18,901 nt of DNA from assembly GCA_024626585.2 (NCBI GenBank), contig JANKJI020000002.1, positions 58,077,047 through 58,095,947 on the forward strand, in the 5' to 3' direction. A model generated the notes under the pieces. That model ran no database searches, was not told the origin of the DNA, and saw nothing but the letters and a program-made list of their open reading frames with translations. This DNA comes from Ginkgo biloba (lineage: Eukaryota; Plantae; Ginkgophyta). Below, one piece after another: positions 11,170 to 18,901 of this stretch. The first letter of the stretch is position 1; every line of letters begins with the position of its first letter. Both the position numbers and the translations under genes were made by a program.

Positions 11170-11988
11170 TACAAGTTTAACATGGGAGTCATGTGTTAGT
11201 GGATATTTTGTGTGTGGGTTAGCCTCAACCTTTTGTATAATATAGGAGCAATCTTAATTGCCATAGGGAATTAGTGGGGAATCGCCCAACAATCAATTAG
11301 GGGATGTGATTTACTTAGATTAATCATGTTATTTGGGGTAATTATTGGTGATTAGGTATGCCAACCATCAACAATGATTACCCATCGCCATGTATGGGGT
11401 TCATTCCACTTATAAATGGCCCCCCTACTATTTCTAATTATCATCATCATTGTGCATGCTTTGGTCTGATCCTAAAATGAACCTACTATGTATCTTGCCC
11501 TTCTTGTTGTTGTCAATTCCCAATTTCTCATTCACCAGTGTGATTGATTCTATGCATGGAATGGCCCTTAGTCTCAATGTTAATCTATATTTGCAACTTG
11601 GGAATTTGTACTCAACATTTGGCATTGTTGCTGATGTAGACTGAACACGGAGATCACCCAGCATGGGTGGTGACAACGGCCATGATAAAGACTTGCAGAA
11701 GACAAAGGATGGATTTAGGAGTCAGTGTCACCTATGCATGATGGGATTTTAGTCCCTTTACATCAGAGGTGTAACAAACGATACATTGATGAAGGTGACA
11801 TACATCCATGGTGGAATCAACTCATCAATGATTACATACTCATTAAAGTTGAGAATTATTGCCATAGTCATCTTGATTGCATGGCAAATGGTTATCAATC
11901 ATTGTAACTAGTTGATGTATTGTTGGACTTGTTGTAGCGATATAGATGCCTAATGGTCACTATGGCCGGGATCACTAGTTGAGGGCAT
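11170..11988 (-). pseudogene. Decayed ORF, copy B: coiled-coil + RING-like Zn finger + Trp-rich domain
   Basis: ATG at 11988 (MPSTSDPGHSDH*ASISLQQVQQYIN*LQ*LITIC). CIVC at 11785-11774. HGRCHHPCW-VISVFSLHQQQ-CQM at 11684-11616, where restoring one G gives CQMC-EYKFPSCKYRL in the frame of ORF 11434..11676. That frame continues DQSMHNDDDN*K**GAIYKWNEPHTWRWVIIVDGWHT*SPIITP. Confidence 0.5.
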
Positions 11989-13293
11989 TCTTAACAAGAT
12001 TCAGAGATATTGCTAACAATGGGTACAAAGAATTTGTGGCAAATCACCTCAAGGATTAGAAGTTGCTCTGAAAGGTGTTTGAGTAAGAATTCAAGTTGCT
12101 ATGGGATTATGTAGAGGTCGTATACGAGATTTATAATCTGAAGCAAGAGCAAGGAAAAAATTTCTACTTATATCACAAATGATTAAAAGCACTTATGAAG
12201 AAAATGGAGTGTTAAGTGACTAAGTTCCTAAAACAACGATGGTTTTTGTAAGGTCAGTTGCCAAAGTATAAGTGGAAGATGAAGGTCATCCCCCCTATTA
12301 CTTATAATTTAGTTATCAATCGAGCATTGAATCTCAAGACAAAGGAAAAAAAATTGAGTCGTGTTGGGGGAAGTCCCCAACTATCAAGTAAGTTAAAGAT
12401 TTGTTTTCCATTGTAGTCTTGTGTCGGTAGCTGATGCATATGATGGAATTGTTTTTGCAAAAGAAGAAAGACAAGGATGAGATAGAATAAAAAAGTGCAT
12501 AGTCAAAGGCTANNNNNNNNNNNNNNNNNNNNNNNNNNNNNNNNNNNNNNNNNNNNNNNNNNNNNNNNNNNNNNNNNNNNNNNNNNNNNNNNNNNNNNNN
12601 NNNNNNNNNNNNTACATATATCTAAGGTATTAAAAATATCCACTACCCTTGAAGAGTCATACGTCACTGTGCTTTAATCAACCATAATATGCGATTTTAA
12701 CTTATCAACACCTTAGGGGAGAAAATAATTCAGTATCTACTTCTTGATCACTCTGCTTTCTTTGTTCTTATCACCTCAAAGTATTCAGCTAAAAGAGCAT
12801 CTTCATTAACTCCTTGGGTTAACCAACTATTTCCATATTTATTAACATACAATCACTATGCCACCTTACACATTAACTCCTCACAAGATATGTGATATTG
12901 CTTCAGCCTCTGTATCAAGATTTATTATTGTGTAATTGGACTAGGTGATATTCCAATCTAAAGTACATATGTGTCTCTTTTAATTTAGAGTATTCAAAAA
13001 ATAACATATGAAAGGGCCTCATGCAAAGGACCCGAGATATAATTTAAGTAAATTATATTTTCGATCGGGTCTGCGGCTTTGAATTACAATTTTCCTTTCA
13101 TCACTCTATGCTTGAATCCTTGAATTTTGTTTCCTCGAGTTTTGGACCTAAAAAAGTATTTGATAAATTAATACTTTTCTTCAGGTCTGCAATAGTATAT
13201 ATTAATCTACTTTTTGACATTTTATGTGTCATCTCCCAAGACCCTAATATTTTAAATTTTAACTTTTAAAAGAAATAATTAACTACATATTCT

Positions 13294-13560
13294 TTAGTTA
13301 GGTTTGCATCCTTGGGATAATTTAACAATTAAGGGTGTGAATACATAATCTTTGATAGGTGGCTTAGACCCAACCTTGCTTGTAAGAAACTCATAGTAGA
13401 AAATCAATCCTGGAAGATGCTCCAATTCCTTAGCAAAGATATTACACCATAATATTTTCTCATTTATTCCCATCTTTTGTTTGAACATAACTCCTTGCCT
13501 TAGAATTCTTTGTATCCAAATATGCATCATTCAATTTTGGCATAAAACCCAAGATAATCA
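13294..13560 (-). mobile_element. Possible LINE ORF2 C-terminal fragment (highly decayed)
   Basis: KILWCNIFAKELEHLPGLIFYYEFL...KDYVFTPL loosely resembles the W..kel....L.YY..f......yl segment preceding the C-terminal zinc finger of plant RTE-like LINEs. No catalytic motif is present. Confidence 0.3.
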
Positions 13561-13944
13561 ATCCCAAAATTTGTAGAAATCCTTAGTCGTTCAACCTATA
13601 ATAATTCAAGAAGATAAATAGCTATAAAAAGAAATATTTTTTTATATTTGAAACCTTCAAAAAAAATATCATAGAGTGGGATATTTACAATTCACATAAC
13701 AGTAACATTGTCTAAGAGAGGCCCCATTTATGCAATAATAAGAAGACCTTCTTGGGGAAAAATGCCCCCAGTGGGTATGCGACATCCAAAATCTTTAGTT
13801 TTGCAAGTTCGGGAGGAATGATGGAGGATAACTCAAGCATTGACAAGGCTATTGGATTTCTAACTCAAAGTGATGTAGTCATTGAGTATGTATTAGATAT
13901 TGATTCCTTGCCATTTTGAGAGGATCATTCGATGGAGATCACTA

Positions 13945-14265
13945 TCAATGTGATGGAGGGAGTTGATCAAAACTATTATGGACTGATTAGGAGTTAAAAT
14001 CATCTCCAAAACTTTGTGGTGATAACTTGGTTGGCTAATAGTTTGACCCTCAAGATTTAGATTAAGTATGACATACCAAGTTGAGTGGAAATGCTGGGAT
14101 TATTGATGGATCAAGGTATCCACATCACCAATCAAACTTTTAAAGTTGATTTTGTGGTCATCCCAATGTCTTTAGGGGGCAACGTCTTTCTCTTCATACT
14201 TGGATGACCATGGCTATGGCATGCAAGAGCAATTCAACATTGGGGATGAGATACCTAGGTAATTA
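13945..14265 (+). pseudogene. Retropepsin (aspartic protease) domain relic
   Basis: DGGS at 13952-13963 (active-site-like), then FKVDFVVIPM...FILG*PWLWHARAIQHW, corresponding to ILGRPWL..A.a.hdW. Confidence 0.8.
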
Positions 14266-14799
14266 AGCAAATGGCAATAGGCTTTGCATTGATTTGTGAA
14301 AGAAAATGGTGAATGAGGAATTGGCATTGAGTTGAGTTAATACAACGATGACAATGGAGATGGTGACAAGGGAAGTGTGTTGTTTGACGATGCACCATGT
14401 GAACTGACAGAAGATGGGGTATGATTGTTGGACTATCTTCAAAAGATGATTTTCATTTGGTTGGTGGTCTATTACATAGGTAATTGGGGGAATATAAAAA
14501 GTTCTCAACTGGATGCTTTTATGTGGGATTGATCAAACGAAGTAGGATAATGATCCTAATGATGTTCTATGTAATACTATAGATAGGTAGAATGATATTG
14601 AGGTTGTAGCCAAAGAGCTAAACATATAGCCACCTCACTTTTTAGAAATCAAGGGGAGATAGAGATGGAGATGACACCAACACATACATTACCTAGGGAA
14701 GTCGATGTGCGATACGATGGATGCTAATCTTGTTCAAAAGATCATCCCCAAAATGATCACCATGGGAAGCTCGGAACCCAACACTTATAGCAACTGCAC

Positions 14800-15734
14800 T
14801 AAACATATCTCGAGAATACAAGGATGTCTTTGCGTGGACATATCATGATTTCAAAGGTGTTCTCTGCAAGCTCTGCGAGTAGTTGATTGAGGTCATACCA
14901 GACACAAAGCCAGTCAGATGAGGACCATGTCGCATGAACCCTTAATATGCAACCTGGGTATAATGAGAAATTATGAAAATGCTATACATAGGAATCATTT
15001 TCAAAGCAAATGCTAGCGATTGAGTTTCTCCCATTGTAATCTCACCTAAAAGAATAACAAGCTGCGTATTTTTATGCATTTCCACAAATTGAACATGTGA
15101 ATGAAAAGGAGCCCTTCCTTTTGAAGAAATCATAGGGCATGAGATTTATTTCTTCTTAGATGGATACTGGGGCTATAATCAGACTATCATCACCAAGTTG
15201 GACAAGTTGAATACTACACATGTGTTTGAATGTGGCATCTATGCTTACAACAAAATGGCATTCAGAGTGTGTAATGCTCGAGTGAACTTCGAAGGGAAGG
15301 GATCCTTTTCATTTACACGTTCAATTTGCAAAAATGCATAAAAATATGCATTGAAAGTGTGTAATGCTTGAGTGAACTTGCAATGGATTATTTTGTAATT
15401 GCTTAAGAAGTTGTTAATAGGAAAGCTAAAAGTATTTGGACAATCGGTTGGTGTATGATCCTATTTTGACACACNNNNNNNNNNNNNNNNNNNNNNNNNN
15501 NNNNNNNNCAAAGAGCTCGACTGCCATTGAATCTTAGAAAATTTTGGTAATTGGTAACAAGTGAGAAGTTGCTCAAACATATTAATTGTGCACAAGGATT
15601 GAAGACAAATCTTGATAAGATTTGGGTGATCGTGAACATGGAGCATCTAGGACATTTAGATGGAGTGAGAGCCTTCCTTAGGCATGTTGGCTACACTATT
15701 ATCCTTGAGGTCTTAAAATTCCAAAATAGGGGAA
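14800..15734 (+). pseudogene. Gypsy reverse transcriptase domain relic
   Basis: EYKDVFAWTYHDFKGV...KPVR*GPCRMNP*YA...SD*VSPIVISPK-NNKLRIFMHFHKLN...GHEIYFFLDGYWGYNQ...YAYNKMAFRVCNA. A degraded xLDD site (GTA TTT G GAC AAT) sits at 15432-15444, followed by LLKHINCAQGLKTNLDKI...GVRAFLRHVGY. Confidence 0.93.
15063..15380. repeat. Templated inverted duplication (15063-15122 vs 15291-15350) with flanking direct duplication (15258-15290 vs 15348-15380)
   Basis: The reverse complement of 15291-15350 matches 15063-15122 at 51/60. The direct repeat matches at 29/33. Confidence 0.92.
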
Positions 15735-16679
15735 NNNNNNNNNNNNNNNNNNNNNNNNNNNNNNNNNNNNNNNNNNNNNNNNNNNNNNNNNNNNNNNNNN
15801 NNNNNNNNNNNNNNNNNNNNNNNNNNNNNNNNNNNNNNNNNNNNNNNNNNNNNNNNNNNNNNNNNNNNNNNNNNNNNNNNNNNNNNNNNNNNNNNNNNNN
15901 NNNNNNNNNNNNNNNNNNNNNNNNNNNNNNNNNNNNNNNNNNNNNNNNNNNNNNNNNNNNNNNNNNNNNNNNNNNNNNNNNNNNNNNNNNNNNNNNNNNN
16001 NNNNNNNNNNNNNNNNNNNNNNNNNNNNNNNNNNNNNNNNNNNNNNNNNNNNNNNNNNNNNNNNNNNNNNNNNNNNNNNNNNNNNNNNNNNNNNNNNNNN
16101 NNNNNNNNNNNNNNNNNNNNNNNNNNNNNNNNNNNNNNNNNNNNNNNNNNNNNNNNNNNNNNNNNNNNNNNNNNNNNNNNNNNNNNNNNNNNNNNNNNNN
16201 NNNNNNNNNNNNNNNNNNNNNNNNNNNNNNNNNNNNNNNNNNNNNNNNNNNNNNNNNNNNNNNNNNNNNNNNNNNNNNNNNNNNNNNNNNNNNNNNNNNN
16301 NNNNNNNNNNNNNNNNNNNNNNNNNNNNNNNNNNNNNNNNNNNNNNNNNNNNNNNNNNNNNNNNNNNNNNNNNNNNNNNNNNNNNNNNNNNNNNNNNNNN
16401 NNNNNNNNNNNNNNNNNNNNNNNNNNNNNNNNNNNNNNNNNNNNNNNNNNNNNNNNNNNNNNNNNNNNNNNNNNNNNNNNNNNNNNNNNNNNNNNNNNNN
16501 NNNNNNNNNNNNNNNNNNNNNNNNNNNNNNNNNNNNNNNNNNNNNNNNNNNNNNNNNNNNNNNNNNNNNNNNNNNNNNNNNNNNNNNNNNNNNNNNNNNN
16601 NNNNNNNNNNNNNNNNNNNNNNNNNNNNNNNNNNNNNNNNNNNNNNNNNNNNNNNNNNNNNNNNNNNNNNNNNNNNNNN
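15735..16679. other. Largest assembly gap (945 N); other gaps at 1584-1688, 4447-4546, 4907-4944, 6158-6257, 9103-9202, 10433-10532, 12513-12612, 15475-15508, 16962-16992
   Basis: N runs seen directly. Five are exactly 100 N, which is probably a placeholder for unknown length. Confidence 0.99.
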
Positions 16680-17851
16680 CAAAGAAGGTAGGCGCATTTC
16701 AATCAACAAGGGGGTTTGCTATGTAAGATGAGATTTGATGAAGTCATTTGGCAATGTAGTATGCCTAAAGAAGACAAAAACATTATTCGTGAGGCATACA
16801 CTAGAGCTACGAGAGGACATTTGGGGCATGAGTTGACATTGCAACAAATTTTGCTTGCAAGGCCACGATGCTCACTAGTTTTTCAAGACACTAATCACTT
16901 CATGTGACATTGTGATAGTTTCCATCTTGATGCCCTTTGAAGAGAGATTTCATGCCTTTACNNNNNNNNNNNNNNNNNNNNNNNNNNNNNNNTGATTCTA
17001 TTGGTCCATTCAAACATTTGCACGAAAGAGGAAGATGTGGATACATTGTGGTGGTAACTGAGTATTTGACCAAGTGGGTGGAGGCATGCACATTGCTTAA
17101 TAATTCAACACAAGTCATTATCAAATTTTTAGATGAATGTTTGATTACTTAGTTTAGTTGTCTATTGAAGATGACAAGTTACTAGGGTGGACATGTTATT
17201 AATCACATTATCCAGTACTTGATGATGGAATTCAAGACTACGTATCACAAGTTGAGCCCATATTATCCCTGAGCTAATGGATAGGCAGAGGCAATGGATA
17301 AAATATTGGTGGTGGCCTTGTATAAAACCTACGCATTGATTAAAAAAATGGGGTGTGATTAAAAAAATGGGGCAGATCGACTTATGGAGACACTGTTGTC
17401 ATTTTGCATAGCATACAAAATAACTACAAGATGCACTCTTTTTTAGGCGGTATATTGACAAGGAGTCATGATGCGACTTGAATTTGTGATCCCTATCTTA
17501 CACATTGCACTTGAGAACAAATTTGATGACACTACCAGTTTACAACAATGGCTACATAAATTGCTATTGCTTGAGGAGCAACGATTGATAGCATAATGGG
17601 TGTCAACTGTTGCTCATAAGCAATGGCAACACTAGTGTGACCAACATCTTTGAAGGCAAGAGGTTAAGGTTAGTTCCCAAGTACTACAATCTGATGGTAA
17701 AATTACAATTAAGCTCGTGAAGTTGAAAATGAAGTGGTTGGAACCCTTTGTGGTTAGTGCAATCCATAACAATAGTGCAGTGTAGCTTGTCAATCTTGAT
17801 GGATTTGCATGTGAAGGCTTGGGATATGACTCAAAGTTGAAGGTACATCAT
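16680..17851 (+). pseudogene. Gypsy integrase relic (HHCC, DDE core, C-terminal tail; no chromodomain)
   Basis: IIREAY...RGHLG...QILLA...HCDSF (zinc finger), DSIGPF...YIVVVTEYLTKWVEA...MTSY*GGH...SPYYP*ANG*AEAMDKIL, then AYKITTRCTLF*AVY*QGVMMRLEFVIP...KLKMKWLEPFVV...LVNLDG...SKLKVHH. Confidence 0.95.
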
Positions 17852-18536
17852 TCATTAGTGTTATCAATTGCAACTTAGCAAACAAAAGCTAGTACATTGG
17901 TTTGGTTTGGCAAATTTGAAACCAATTTTGGGATAATTGAGCAATCTTCGTAAGAACTACAAACATATTTTTTGTGTCAAGTCTTAGCATGTGCTTGTGT
18001 CATTAATTGCTAAATGGGGCGGCCACTTACATAACCAGAGAAACAATCTATCCAGGAATATACAGAAAGACGAAACGGTGTTGTTCACATTGCCTATCAC
18101 ATTGGTGACAATGCTTGATACATTAATTACGAGTTCAAGTTTACAAAGAGGTTTTCTCGCGTATGGAAAAAATGAAGGGACCTCCTTTCATCATATTTCG
18201 ATGCTTGAAAGATGGGATTGTCAATGTCGTGCTAATGGTGGAGGCCTAACAACTCCTGGCTAGATCACAGAGCATTAGATGGATGGGATCATTGGGACTC
18301 GATCAGAAAGAGAGCGTCAGACAACTCTTAATAGGACAATTGGAGATATAAAGACCCATTCGGATAGTGGGCGTCAGACGACTCCTAGTCCGTCGATTGG
18401 GGTTGTCAGTGCCTAGTTGGATGATTGGGGTCTTTGGCACCATGCTACATGGAAATCAAATGGATGATAAGGCCCACCCATTCGGATGCCAAGCCTAGGG
18501 TAGAAAGTAAGAGAATTGGGTGAATAGATAAGGAGT

Positions 18537-18570
18537 TGTAGGGGAACACCAACTAAACATATCCCCTACA
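18537..18570. repeat. 34-bp unit with 9-bp perfect terminal inverted repeats (TGTAGGGGA...TCCCCTACA), LTR-terminus-like
   Basis: Perfect 9-bp IR with TG..CA ends. It is preceded by a purine-rich tract, and the start TGTAGGGGAACACCA resembles TGTAGGAACACCA at 836. Confidence 0.55.
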
Positions 18571-18649
18571 CCCTAGGTGAATGGTGGAAAATATGATAGG
18601 GTTAATACATAATTGCCTTTATGATAAGTAAGATCATTGAAGATTATTT

Positions 18650-18901
18650 TTTGTAGGACAAGAATATGGTGAAGATCTTGAATGAAATATTTTCCCCAGG
18701 ATAAGAATGGTTGATTTGTCTAATAAAGGGGCAATAAGAAACTAAGACTATAAGATTATCAACATAGAAGGGGGTACTAATAATAGTAGTAGCAGAAGAA
18801 ACATTAATATGGTTCATGAGTTAGAGACATAATCGATTATCTCTTGGGAGAAAATTTGTTAAAATTTTCTAAAGAAATATGAAGGCTATTACCAAGATGT
18901 T
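18650..18901 (+). mobile_element. Decayed retrotransposon gag (Retrotrans_gag-like) start, running off the window
   Basis: FVGQEYGEDLE (F.G...ED pattern), then with a 1-bp shift TLIWF-ELET*SIISWEKIC*NFLKKY, corresponding to A..WF..L...SI.SW..L...FL..Y. Confidence 0.6.

Larger units (their letters stand above)
13930..17851 (+). mobile_element. Decayed Ty3/gypsy (non-chromovirus) pol: protease-RT-(RNase H presumably in gap)-integrase
   Basis: Domain order PR-RT-INT is diagnostic of gypsy. Many stops and frameshifts; see sub-features. Confidence 0.95.

Noticed and set aside
12362-12380. GTTGGGG-GAAGT-CCCCAAC hairpin
   Set aside because: 7-bp low-complexity arms are expected by chance in 19 kb.
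15551-16726. Long ORFs of 329-391 aa in the ORF track
   Set aside because: They are open only because they cross a 945-N gap. The real residues on the + strand belong to the decayed pol.
17991-18263. 90-aa ORF MLVSLIAKW...
   Set aside because: Non-ATG start and no motif. If the region was coding, the overlapping frame from 18014, which carries the codon-periodic repeats, is the better candidate.
1-18901. CRISPR arrays, tRNA/rRNA genes, prokaryotic operons or defence systems
   Set aside because: No regularly spaced repeats, RNA-gene signatures or gene-dense intact ORFs. The sequence is eukaryotic, intronic and TE-derived.

Overview
This is AT-rich eukaryotic draft-assembly sequence with ten N gaps, most likely from a large-genome land plant (fern or gymnosperm; inferred from the TE types). 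It is almost entirely decayed retroelement DNA surrounding one intact 131-bp spliceosomal exon at 9759-9889 (+). From memory that exon resembles the N-terminal part of a plant At4g04180-like AAA+ ATPase. Recognisable relics: two related non-chromovirus Ty3/gypsy copies (integrase tail, PPT and candidate LTR at 15-1550; protease-RT-integrase at ~13930-17851), a chromovirus-type gag-protease-RT fragment (~7300-8652), an RTE-like LINE RT fragment (6258-6414, -) and a further gag start at the right edge. The most interesting signal is a decayed minus-strand ORF at ~11170-11988 that reconstructs to coiled-coil + RING-like zinc finger + Trp-rich domain. A second diverged copy of the Trp-rich domain lies at ~7045-7250. 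This suggests a repeated, probably retrotransposon-borne accessory gene (candidate TE-encoded E3 ligase), which is an inference. There is also a clear template-switch scar (inverted plus direct duplication) inside the gypsy RT. The supplied ORFs are not intact genes, and the long ones are N-gap artefacts. All translations and alignments were done by hand with no database search.
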